DNA from: Enterobacter phage fGh-Ecl04
DNA: 32,000 bases
Sequence record: ON212267.1
Strand: one strand, 5' to 3'
Part shown: positions 7,537 through 15,560 of the stretch, piece by piece
Layout of the letters: every line of letters begins with the position of its first letter
Position numbering within the stretch: the first letter of the stretch is position 1
Translations under genes and position numbers: made by a program
Notes under the pieces: generated by a model
Told to the model about the DNA's origin: nothing
What the model saw: the letters and a program-made list of their open reading frames with translations, nothing else
The model's database searches: none

Positions 7537-8692
7537 CTTCAAAATTTTCCAGTTCGTCTTCAATTGAAGCAGGAGTTGCTTTTACCTCGCCTTCCGGAGC
7601 ATGGAACTCTTCGGTCTTCGAATTAATCAGAGCATCAACTTCTTCATCTACTACTGCATTGGTTTCAATAGCACCCAGCTGATAGCGATTTTTAATAGCA
7701 TCGCGGAATGGCTGATGTTTAAACAGAGGGCCCCAGAATGCGGTGCTTGAAGTATCTTTTGCACGCCATGATTTCTCTTCGCGAACCATTTCACCGGTAT
7801 CTACGTCCAGATATTCACGAGCATACCAACCGTTTTTAGGTTTAACTACAAAACCAAGTTCCAGCGCCATATCCAACAGACCGGAGTATGGGTCAATACC
7901 GCCATCGAATTTAACATCAATGAAGAACTTACTCTTCTCTTTAACAGTACGAGATTTCTCAGCATTCAGAACAAACTGATAACCTTGAAGGTCTGTACCA
8001 TCTTTAATCTGACGCTTACCGATGATGAACACAGTATCTGCTGAGTACATTGGACCTGTACCACCAGTCATCACAGTCTTACTGAACATCTCAATTGTTT
8101 CGATTGTGTGGTTAACCGCAACGCATGGAATGTTTTTAATAGAGAAGTAAGGTGTAACAATACGGAACAGAGACTTCAGTGATTTCGCACGAGTCATATC
8201 CGCAACTGATTTTTCGTTCAGAGCATCTTCTGTTTCTTTCTTAGAAGCAAGGTTACCAATGGAGTCGATGAATACGATAACTTTCTCACCGCGTTCAATT
8301 TCTTCCAGCTGGTTGACCATGTCAATCTTAAGCTGCTCAACAGATTGTACAGGAGTGTGTACTACACGGTCCGGGTCAACACCCATTGCACGAAGATATG
8401 CTGGAGTGATACCGAATTCTGAGTCGTAGAACAGACAAATAGCATCCGGATATTTTGTCATATAAGCGGAAACCATAGTCAGACTCATATTTGACTTGAA
8501 GTGCTTTGACGGGCCCGCAAAGATTGTTAAACCTGATTGCATGCCACCATCTAATGCACCTGAAATCGCGATATTAAGCATCGGAATCTTAGTACGAACT
8601 ACATCCTTTTCATTAAAGAATTTGGATTTATCCAGAGATGCGGTCATTTTAGAAGTGGATGCTTTAATCAGACGAGATTTTAAATCAGACAT
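7526..8692 (-). CDS. uvsX: UvsX RecA-like recombinase
   Basis: 388 aa; MSDLKSRLIKASTSKMTA..., Walker A FAGPSKHFKS (T4 UvsX form), IVFIDSIGNLASKKE. Confidence 0.97.
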   Translation of the reverse strand: MSDLKSRLIKASTSKMTASLDKSKFFNEKDVVRTKIPMLNIAISGALDGGMQSGLTIFAGPSKHFKSNMSLTMVSAYMTKYPDAICLFYDSEFGITPAYLRAMGVDPDRVVHTPVQSVEQLKIDMVNQLEEIERGEKVIVFIDSIGNLASKKETEDALNEKSVADMTRAKSLKSLFRIVTPYFSIKNIPCVAVNHTIETIEMFSKTVMTGGTGPMYSADTVFIIGKRQIKDGTDLQGYQFVLNAEKSRTVKEKSKFFIDVKFDGGIDPYSGLLDMALELGFVVKPKNGWYAREYLDVDTGEMVREEKSWRAKDTSSTAFWGPLFKHQPFRDAIKNRYQLGAIETNAVVDEEVDALINSKTEEFHAPEGEVKATPASIEDELENFEDEE

Positions 8693-8747
8693 TAATTATT
8701 TTCCATAAGTCTCCATAATATTTTTCTCACAGGTTTAAGATAGAGTA

Positions 8748-8774
8748 ATTATATCAACTACGGTTTAAAGCGGA
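8748..8774 (-). promoter_or_regulatory. probable MotA-dependent middle promoter of uvsX (CCGCTTTA-N12-TATAAT)
   Basis: Minus-strand TCCGCTTTAAACCGTAGTTGATATAAT; T4-like spacing; upstream of uvsX. Confidence 0.6.
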
Positions 8775-8827
8775 TTGCAATGCGGTGAATCATTTTGACA
8801 AGGTGTGTAACAACAAGCATTACAATG

Positions 8828-8848
8828 ACCACCGACTCTGTCGGTGGT
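8828..8848 (-). terminator. strong hairpin ACCACCGAC-AGA-GTCGGTGGT just 3' of the beta-gt-like gene (possible terminator or mRNA 3' end element, no U-tract)
   Basis: Perfect 9-bp stem, 3-nt loop, 7 nt after the stop codon. Confidence 0.5.
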
Positions 8849-8855
8849 GTATTCT

Positions 8856-9932
8856 TTAGATTTCAATTGCTTTCTTGAATTCAGCTTGCCAAATTGGTTT
8901 TTCATCAAGATATTTTTGAAGAATTTTGTGCTGATATTCGAGAGTTTCAATTCTAAAGTCCTCGTCGTTTTTGATTTTATTAATTTTGTCAACAAGCTCT
9001 TGACGATTGCTCACATAGAAGAACTCATTACCTTCCATGATATTCATGTCAGGGTCAAATGTGCTATCGAAGAATGCCACTGCAGTAGATGCCAGAGCTT
9101 CCCATACACGAGGAGTGATTTGGTTATTATCGTAAGTCTTATCACCGAGTACGATAGTAGCATACGCGGTTGAGTTACGTTGAACCATTTCACGAGAATC
9201 TACCTTCCCAGGAAATACTGGAGGAGTAGTCCAAGGGAATTCCGGATTCTTGAATTGGTCTGCTTTTACTGAACCAAAGAACTCAACATCCAGGCCAGTG
9301 TCAAACAGATATTCAACCATCTTAGCTTCACGATTACCTGAACGGAATGTTCCACCATAAATCAGGTCACGCATTTTGATGCCATCAGCAGCAATCTTGA
9401 AGACGCTGTGATACATCTTATGACGGTCCAATGCGAAGTGTACAAATTCCATTCTGTCCTTAGAGACACCAACTAAACGGTCAGAGTGAATTCGTTTAGC
9501 TTGTTCAAGGTCACGACCCTGAGAAACTACACGAATTGGAGAGCGAACAATGAACTGCTCTTCAGTGTATTTGCTGGACCATTTTTTCTTCGACATTCGG
9601 CGCCACGCTTGTTCCCACGGAAGACGAATATCAGTGAACAGATAATAAATCTTTGACTTATATTTGTTCAAGAACATATAAGCCGCTTTATTCATCTTGT
9701 TCTCTTCACCACCGTAGAAGTTCAGAGAAGCATTAACTACCAGAACTCGGTCATATACATTCGGGTCTGGGACATCATCAAATGCGATGCCATATTGAGT
9801 ATTTTTCATTGAAATGAGGTCAACATCAAGCCCCATATCTTTTAAGCATTCGGACAGATAAATTGTCTCAGAAGCAGGGGTTGTTTTAAACCCCTGGATG
9901 TTGTTACCTAAGTTCAGGATAGCAATTTTCAT
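8856..9932 (-). CDS. T4 beta-glucosyltransferase-fold hydroxymethylcytosine glycosyltransferase (sugar donor uncertain)
   Basis: 358 aa; aligns by eye to T4 BGT: MKIAI.N.GNN...KT.P.SETIYL, YKSKIYYLFTDIRLP, GG.FRSG.RE.KMVE.LFDTGL, RVWE, W..FKKAI. Confidence 0.88.
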   Translation of the reverse strand: MKIAILNLGNNIQGFKTTPASETIYLSECLKDMGLDVDLISMKNTQYGIAFDDVPDPNVYDRVLVVNASLNFYGGEENKMNKAAYMFLNKYKSKIYYLFTDIRLPWEQAWRRMSKKKWSSKYTEEQFIVRSPIRVVSQGRDLEQAKRIHSDRLVGVSKDRMEFVHFALDRHKMYHSVFKIAADGIKMRDLIYGGTFRSGNREAKMVEYLFDTGLDVEFFGSVKADQFKNPEFPWTTPPVFPGKVDSREMVQRNSTAYATIVLGDKTYDNNQITPRVWEALASTAVAFFDSTFDPDMNIMEGNEFFYVSNRQELVDKINKIKNDEDFRIETLEYQHKILQKYLDEKPIWQAEFKKAIEI

Positions 9933-10759
9933 AAAGTAGGCTCAATCTCACTGAATTTTTTGAAAGCATCTGACTTTTGTTTCTTGGCTACGCACATACG
10001 AAGTACTTTCAGAGGCTCGTCAGTGCCAAACATAGTTTTGGTTGGGTCACCTTCTGATTTCCAACGAGCTTGAGTTGGGAAGTCAGCATGAATTTTTTCT
10101 AATGCGCGGTTTTGTTTAGCCGCATTACGCATAGATGATACGCCGCCAGGAGCTTGTCCTTTGCCAGATTTGACGAGATATTTGAAAATCGCCAGATGAG
10201 GATAACCCATATTAATGAGTTTAAGGAATGCGTATGTATCTTCGGACAGGTCTACTATACCATATCCAATGTCATCGGCAGAAAGTTTGCTTAAATCGTA
10301 GAAAGTGTTAGTGAATCCATAAGAGTTCTCACGGAAATGACCCCACTTAGAATCAATCTTGAAAATAGGCAAACGAGCATGGCCGTGATAGAATCCACAG
10401 TCCATAGCTGCTTCAACATACTGCGTGAGTTTATTGAATTCGTCCCATGTCATTCCAACATCATGAAGAATACGACGGTCGTCTTTAGCACGAATCTCAG
10501 TGGTATGAATTGTAGTGTCATCGTCTAGCATCCAGATTCGTTGGCCTTGATACATTTCAGTAATCAAACGACGAGTACCAGCAATGCCATTTACATCATC
10601 TGGAATAGGAATAATTTGTGCTTTATCACCATAGTAGGCGATATAATCATCTTTCTGAGACTCACGAACTACTAAATGAGGTACATAACCAGTAGGGAAC
10701 ATATCCAGGGCAGTTACTGCCCCGACACGATTGTAACTCGGAATTACAAATTGAATCAT
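9929..10759 (-). CDS. GT-A-fold glycosyltransferase-like protein (resembles TET-associated/phage DNA glycosyltransferases)
   Basis: IQFVIPSYNR start and RIWMLDDDTTIH DxD-type motif; ATGA overlap with the gene 42 stop (alternative start at 10765) and with beta-gt-like gene. Confidence 0.65.
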   Translation of the reverse strand: MIQFVIPSYNRVGAVTALDMFPTGYVPHLVVRESQKDDYIAYYGDKAQIIPIPDDVNGIAGTRRLITEMYQGQRIWMLDDDTTIHTTEIRAKDDRRILHDVGMTWDEFNKLTQYVEAAMDCGFYHGHARLPIFKIDSKWGHFRENSYGFTNTFYDLSKLSADDIGYGIVDLSEDTYAFLKLINMGYPHLAIFKYLVKSGKGQAPGGVSSMRNAAKQNRALEKIHADFPTQARWKSEGDPTKTMFGTDEPLKVLRMCVAKKQKSDAFKKFSEIEPTL

Positions 10760-11493
10760 TTCCATTTGCCTTTGTAGTCAGATTTCTTAACATCAATCCG
10801 GCCGGTTTGACGATAATGGTCAACCAGATAGAAATGACGCTCATACACGTGCAGAGACCCAGCGTTCCAAATAATGTCACCTGGAACATATTTTTCACCA
10901 GAACCTGCATTAACTGTTTCTACTAATGATTCTAACACATATTTCTGCCAAGCATAATCATTGCGGAAACCAAATACAACATCATTGCTTCGCATATTAA
11001 CGACAGCGTTTACACGACCATCGCGAATAAGATATTGAACTGTGTTAGTGCACATGAAATCACTCATACCATCACGTTCAAAATCAACTTGCATACTTGG
11101 ACGAGTGTAAATCATAATTGCGCGGCGAGAGTCTGGTTTTTCAATCAGCTCAGTTGCACAGAATGAGAATTGATTATAGTTTTCAGCAGACCAGATTGCC
11201 CAGCCATAGTTTGAGTTAATTTCACCCTTTGAAGATGAAACTTGTTCCCAAATTGCCGGAGTACCACCCGGAATATCTTTCACGAACAGAGACTTGGATT
11301 TGTACCACGCAAGTTCACGTTCAACATATTCTTGGTTAACTGTTCCGAAAATTGAATCTTCGGTTACTACAAAAGATGGACCAATTAACTCAATGGTCTT
11401 TGCGCCAGTTTTGTCAATTACAAACATCTCGTTGAACAGAGCATGGCACAGTTCATCACGAATATCTTCGTTAGTCAGTGGAGTTACAATCAT
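10756..11493 (-). CDS. 42: dCMP hydroxymethylase, T4 gp42 homologue
   Basis: Thymidylate-synthase-like motifs NYGWAIWS, R.AIMIYTRPSMQ, DFMCTNTVQYLIRD, MRSNDVVFGFRNDYAWQ; start at 11493 with ATGA overlap to the upstream lipoprotein gene. Confidence 0.93.
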   Translation of the reverse strand: MIVTPLTNEDIRDELCHALFNEMFVIDKTGAKTIELIGPSFVVTEDSIFGTVNQEYVERELAWYKSKSLFVKDIPGGTPAIWEQVSSSKGEINSNYGWAIWSAENYNQFSFCATELIEKPDSRRAIMIYTRPSMQVDFERDGMSDFMCTNTVQYLIRDGRVNAVVNMRSNDVVFGFRNDYAWQKYVLESLVETVNAGSGEKYVPGDIIWNAGSLHVYERHFYLVDHYRQTGRIDVKKSDYKGKWK

Positions 11494-11930
11494 TTTGCCT
11501 CTTCGTAGTTTTTCTTCATACAACGTTTAAATGCTTCATATTGGCCAGAAGACCTGAAGTTTTCAAATGCGTTGATATTTTTGCGGGTAGGATTATTATA
11601 CATTGTTTGATATAAAGCAGCACCATGTGCTTCAATGACAAACTGACATTTACGAGCAGCTACTCGCTTTTCATAAGTAGCGTCAAGTTCTCGCTGCTTT
11701 TTCATAACGCGCGCTTGGTCACGAGCGATAGGGTCATTAGCCTGCTGCTGAGCAAGATACTCTTCACCTGCACGAACAGAAGACTGATTGATTTGAGGGT
11801 TTGAACGAGCATACACCAGACCAGTGCCGCCTACATACTTAACTTGCCCTACAGTACTAGCATGAACAGTGTCTCCTTGATAAGCACAACCTGCCAGTAA
11901 CATAGCAGCAGCTACTGCTAAAAATTTCAT
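11490..11930 (-). CDS. predicted phage lipoprotein, 146 aa
   Basis: N-terminus MKFLAVAAAMLLAGC is a signal peptide with lipobox LAGC. Confidence 0.8.
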   Translation of the reverse strand: MKFLAVAAAMLLAGCAYQGDTVHASTVGQVKYVGGTGLVYARSNPQINQSSVRAGEEYLAQQQANDPIARDQARVMKKQRELDATYEKRVAARKCQFVIEAHGAALYQTMYNNPTRKNINAFENFRSSGQYEAFKRCMKKNYEEAK

Positions 11931-11940
11931 TTCAATATCC

Positions 11941-12165
11941 TCATCTGTGAGTTACAAGTTTATAAGTCCAATCACTTTCATCTTCACGATAGATGTTAAC
12001 GATAGAAGTCTCTTTAAGTTTAGCTCGCAGATTCTTTTCGGTGATTTCAATACCATCGTCAAAGAAAATCTTATCAGCACCACCAGCACTCAGGAAGTAA
12101 AAAGTGCTTTTGAGATTGAACTTCAGTACTGGAATGTAGCTATCGTCGGTGATTGAGTAAATCAT
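11941..12165 (-). CDS. hypothetical protein, 74 aa
   Basis: ORF track; AAAGGAG upstream and a promoter-like sequence at 12191..12219. Confidence 0.75.
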   Translation of the reverse strand: MIYSITDDSYIPVLKFNLKSTFYFLSAGGADKIFFDDGIEITEKNLRAKLKETSIVNIYREDESDWTYKLVTHR

Positions 12166-12190
12166 TTTATTCTCCTTTGTGTATAGGAGA

Positions 12191-12219
12191 ATTATACCAC
12201 ATCCATGTGGTAATGTACA
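12191..12219 (-). promoter_or_regulatory. probable early promoter: TGTACA-N17-TATAAT with TGTGG extended -10
   Basis: Minus-strand TGTACATTACCACATGGATGTGGTATAAT, immediately upstream of the 11941..12165 gene. Confidence 0.6.
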
Positions 12220-12224
12220 ATGCT

Positions 12225-14933
12225 TTAGAAATCAAACATATTGTCTAAAGACGCTTTTTCTTCATAGTCCAATCCAGAAGCTTCTGACATACCAGCAAGA
12301 GGCTTAACGAAAGACTTTTGGAACAGAGTCGTATAGTCCAACCAAGCCAGAACATCTTGACGAATTTCCTGTGGAAGTTCAGTACCTGATGGCCAGGCGA
12401 TACACTTGTCACCGAATGGGTTACCCTGACGAAGTGGAAGAACCATCACCTTGTTACCCTCGAGAATCGGAGTGACAGAGAATCCTGCCGTTGCACGATT
12501 ATAAGTCAGTGCACCACGAACGTGATACGGGCATTTCAGACCAGGGAAACCATTATCGTCATATTTACCAATGTCATTACAAGTTTTAACTTCTGCAATA
12601 ACTTTGTAGTCCAGTTGACGATATTCCTTCTCAAACTGTTTGTAGTATTCTTGCAGTGATTCTTCGCCTTCTTGAACCATACGACGAATACTTTCTTCCA
12701 GCGCTTTCTGAACCGCTTTTGGAGTAGAAGATTGCTGAGTTTCCATGCCCATAATCTTCAAGTGTGGTTCAGCATAACGCTTATCTTCCATGTCGTAAAC
12801 GTTCAGTGCATAACGTTTCTTAGCTTTCCAGAATCCACCACAACCTTTTGAACCAAGCGGCGGACAAGAAATAGCTTCTCGGTCCATGTGCATAAGATGT
12901 TCACGGTTATTGAAGTACTCGCACAGCTCACGATAAGCAGTATCAATCATCGGTTCCATTTTCTTCTTACCGAATTGGTTCATGAATTCAACCACTTCGT
13001 CAGTCGTTTTGAAACGTTCAAGACCTACTTTTTCAATAACTTTGTCAACAGAAACGTAGATTGAGTCAGTATCACCTGCTGCGATGAAATCAAATCCTTC
13101 AGTTCCACACACCTTATTCAGATACTCGTTAACTTTACGAGCAATCCAACGAATACCTACTTGACCAAACAGTGTAATCGCAGATGCGTTACGAAGGTCA
13201 TAATAACGGAAGTAGATATTACCCAAAGCACCATAAAGACTGTTGATAAGAATCTTACGGTTCAGCTGGTTTGTGTTTGCCAGAATAGCAGCAGCTTCAC
13301 AACGAGCCAACATAGTTTCCAACACCAACTTCGTGTACTTATTCAGAGACGCTTTCTGTTCGTCAGTGTACTGAGTGTAACGAGTTTCATCTGGAGTATC
13401 AATGTCACCGAATACGCCAGCTGCCAGAACTTTCTTAATTTCTTCTGCGTTACGTTCTTCTGCGAACATCTTTTTCTTCCAATCTTTACGCTGGAAGAAT
13501 ACCTTAGCGATTTCTACTGGGATGACACCTTCAATATCTTTACGATACATCCAACCGTTCGGTGAGCAAGAATACTCGTCACTTGGACGTGGTGCAGTCT
13601 TATTGATATAAGCTTCAATATCATAGAGCTTGAATTGACCAACAATCGTTTCTGGAGAAATATTCACCTGACGAATGATACTCGGATACAGAGATGTCAA
13701 GTCAAAACTCATGATGTACTTACGAGCACATGCTAATGGTTCAAATACATATGCACCTGGATAGCTTTGCTTGATATGACGCTTACCTTGAGGAACAACT
13801 TTGTTCTGTTCTTTCAGGGAGTTAAAGATAATTGCGTCCCAAGTTTTAATCGGAGACATTACACCGCCAAACGGCATCTTGGCATAATAAGACATACTAA
13901 GTGCCAGGTCAATGAATCCACGAACTCGGTCAATACCACCTACGGACTCAACGTCCATAATGTTATAGCTAATGTATCGTTGGTGATTTGTTTCACGAAG
14001 TTTGTTAATTGGACCATCGTATGGCAACTTACCACGTTTAGTCTCGTACAGAGCGATGTAGTCCAAGTTATAAGTTGGTTGGTTCGTGAATGAATACTTC
14101 TTGTACAAATCCATGTAATCCAGAATTGTTACACCATCAATGCTGAATACTTCTTTTTCACCGTACATGTTCTGAATGAGTTTTGAATTCACTCGATTGA
14201 TTGGAGAGAATCGTTTCATTGAACGTTCACCCAATACATGCTTAACACGGTTCATGATGTATGGAATATCGAAGCCTTCAATGTTCCAGCCTGTGAAAAT
14301 TGCTGGACGCTTTTGTTCCCAGAGATTGATGTATTCCAGAAGAAGTTCTTTCTCTGAATAGAATGGCATGTACACTACACGGTCGAGAATATGTTGTGGA
14401 ACTTCGTCTCCACCTTCTTTATCACTTCGTGCAGCTAACTTCGCGTCCCATTCTGAAACTGAGCCATACAAAGAATCTAACAAATCGAAAACGTAGAACT
14501 TATCATCGATTGAATCGTAATGAGTGATTGCATCGATTTCGTACATAGCTTTCATTGGGTCTGGGAATTTATCACCTGTAACTTCGATGTCACAGTTAGC
14601 AACACGAATGAATTTCTTGTCATAGACAATTTCAGAACCATAAGTGTCAGAGATATAAGCAAGTTTGAAGTCATCCATACCCATGGCTTCAAGACCGATA
14701 TCTTCCATACGACGAATCCAATCACGAGCATCTTTCATGGTTGGGAAAGTATTCTTGACACATGGCTTCCCATAGATATCAAAGAACTTTGTCTTCACAC
14801 CCTGTTGAGCATGAGAAAACATCGTTGGAGAATATTCAACTCGTCGTTGACGTTCTACACCATTGGAGTCAATATAACGTTCAATGATGTCATTACCTGC
14901 GGTTTCAATAGAGATATAAAATTCTTGTGCCAT
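12225..14933 (-). CDS. 43: DNA polymerase (family B), T4 gp43 homologue
   Basis: 902 aa; DIEVTGDKFPDPM, SLYPSIIRQVNISPETI, AAGDTDSIYV; highly similar to T4/RB69 gp43 throughout. Confidence 0.99.
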   Translation of the reverse strand: MAQEFYISIETAGNDIIERYIDSNGVERQRRVEYSPTMFSHAQQGVKTKFFDIYGKPCVKNTFPTMKDARDWIRRMEDIGLEAMGMDDFKLAYISDTYGSEIVYDKKFIRVANCDIEVTGDKFPDPMKAMYEIDAITHYDSIDDKFYVFDLLDSLYGSVSEWDAKLAARSDKEGGDEVPQHILDRVVYMPFYSEKELLLEYINLWEQKRPAIFTGWNIEGFDIPYIMNRVKHVLGERSMKRFSPINRVNSKLIQNMYGEKEVFSIDGVTILDYMDLYKKYSFTNQPTYNLDYIALYETKRGKLPYDGPINKLRETNHQRYISYNIMDVESVGGIDRVRGFIDLALSMSYYAKMPFGGVMSPIKTWDAIIFNSLKEQNKVVPQGKRHIKQSYPGAYVFEPLACARKYIMSFDLTSLYPSIIRQVNISPETIVGQFKLYDIEAYINKTAPRPSDEYSCSPNGWMYRKDIEGVIPVEIAKVFFQRKDWKKKMFAEERNAEEIKKVLAAGVFGDIDTPDETRYTQYTDEQKASLNKYTKLVLETMLARCEAAAILANTNQLNRKILINSLYGALGNIYFRYYDLRNASAITLFGQVGIRWIARKVNEYLNKVCGTEGFDFIAAGDTDSIYVSVDKVIEKVGLERFKTTDEVVEFMNQFGKKKMEPMIDTAYRELCEYFNNREHLMHMDREAISCPPLGSKGCGGFWKAKKRYALNVYDMEDKRYAEPHLKIMGMETQQSSTPKAVQKALEESIRRMVQEGEESLQEYYKQFEKEYRQLDYKVIAEVKTCNDIGKYDDNGFPGLKCPYHVRGALTYNRATAGFSVTPILEGNKVMVLPLRQGNPFGDKCIAWPSGTELPQEIRQDVLAWLDYTTLFQKSFVKPLAGMSEASGLDYEEKASLDNMFDF

Positions 14934-14955
14934 GAGTTTCCTTAGTTTTTCCTAT

Positions 14956-14973
14956 AGACCGAGTGATTGGTCT
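14956..14973 (-). promoter_or_regulatory. gp43 translational autoregulation operator hairpin AGACC-AATCACTC-GGTCT
   Basis: 5-bp stem with 8-nt loop differing at one position from the remembered T4 operator loop AAUAACUC, just 5' of the gene 43 ribosome binding site. Confidence 0.8.
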
Positions 14974-14984
14974 TTGGTATGTCT

Positions 14985-15011
14985 ATTATACTCCGCTCTG
15001 CTGATAGCAGA
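14985..15011 (-). promoter_or_regulatory. probable MotA-dependent middle promoter of gene 43 (TCTGCTATC-N12-TATAAT)
   Basis: Minus strand; T4-like spacing. Confidence 0.65.
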
Positions 15012-15030
15012 AAGGGCCCGAAGGCCCTTT
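15011..15030 (-). terminator. terminator-like hairpin AAAGGGCC-TTCG-GGCCCTTT
   Basis: Perfect 8-bp stem with UUCG tetraloop immediately after the small gene 3' of regA. Confidence 0.7.
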
Positions 15031-15032
15031 AA

Positions 15033-15194
15033 TTAAAGCGTAATTTCTTCATACTGAATTACATCATTTTCGTCTTTGTACGGCAGAGTAATCACTGTTC
15101 CTTCTGGATAAAGAGGAGTGCCATCTGACGAGAACTGACTTTTAAGTGAAGCAATTTGACGAGCTAGTTGTTCTTGTGGAGTACCTTCAAACAT
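15033..15194 (-). CDS. small hypothetical protein between regA and 43 (MFEGTPQEQLARQIASL...)
   Basis: ORF track 15033..15230; ATG at 15194 shares TAATG with the regA stop; AGGTG upstream. Confidence 0.7.
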   Translation of the reverse strand: MFEGTPQEQLARQIASLKSQFSSDGTPLYPEGTVITLPYKDENDVIQYEEITL

Positions 15195-15559
15195 TATGCA
15201 CCTATCGTGTATTTTGATTTGAGAGTCCATTCAGATTTCTGCTGGAATGTGATAACACGGAAGTTATTCTGCATTTCAGCAAGATGAACATCCGGAGTCA
15301 CGATATCAAGTAAGCCCCATCCTTGTAACAGTTGGGCAATTGAATCTCGACGGATGTAGTCTTCAGAATCGATAGTAACAGGACGACCATCAAGCTTCAA
15401 CATTTCTTTGAAGTGAACGATGTAGTACTTGCCCTGTTTCTGAAGAATGTGGCAACTTTGATATAGTACCTTATCTTTGTTATTAGCAATACCCATACGA
15501 GTTAGGGTTTCTTTCACTTTCAGAAAATCTTCAGGTTGTTTCAGAGTAATTTCAATCAT
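15194..15559 (-). CDS. regA: RegA translational repressor
   Basis: 121 aa; MIEITLK.PEDFLKVKETLTRMGIANNKDKVLYQSCHILQK.G.YYIVHFKEML matches T4 RegA. Confidence 0.98.
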   Translation of the reverse strand: MIEITLKQPEDFLKVKETLTRMGIANNKDKVLYQSCHILQKQGKYYIVHFKEMLKLDGRPVTIDSEDYIRRDSIAQLLQGWGLLDIVTPDVHLAEMQNNFRVITFQQKSEWTLKSKYTIGA

Positions 15560-15560
15560 T

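Noticed and set aside
12221-12243. Perfect plus-strand MotA-box-like TGCTTTA followed after 11 nt by TATTGT
   Set aside because: Lies in the 3' coding end of gene 43 on the strand with no genes; the -10 is weak; best explained by chance.
12938-14945. Several plus-strand ORFs of 60-141 aa antisense to gene 43 (13161..13565, 13767..14093, 14520..14945)
   Set aside because: They lie wholly or almost wholly opposite conserved polymerase sequence, have no recognisable motifs, and look like shadow ORFs.
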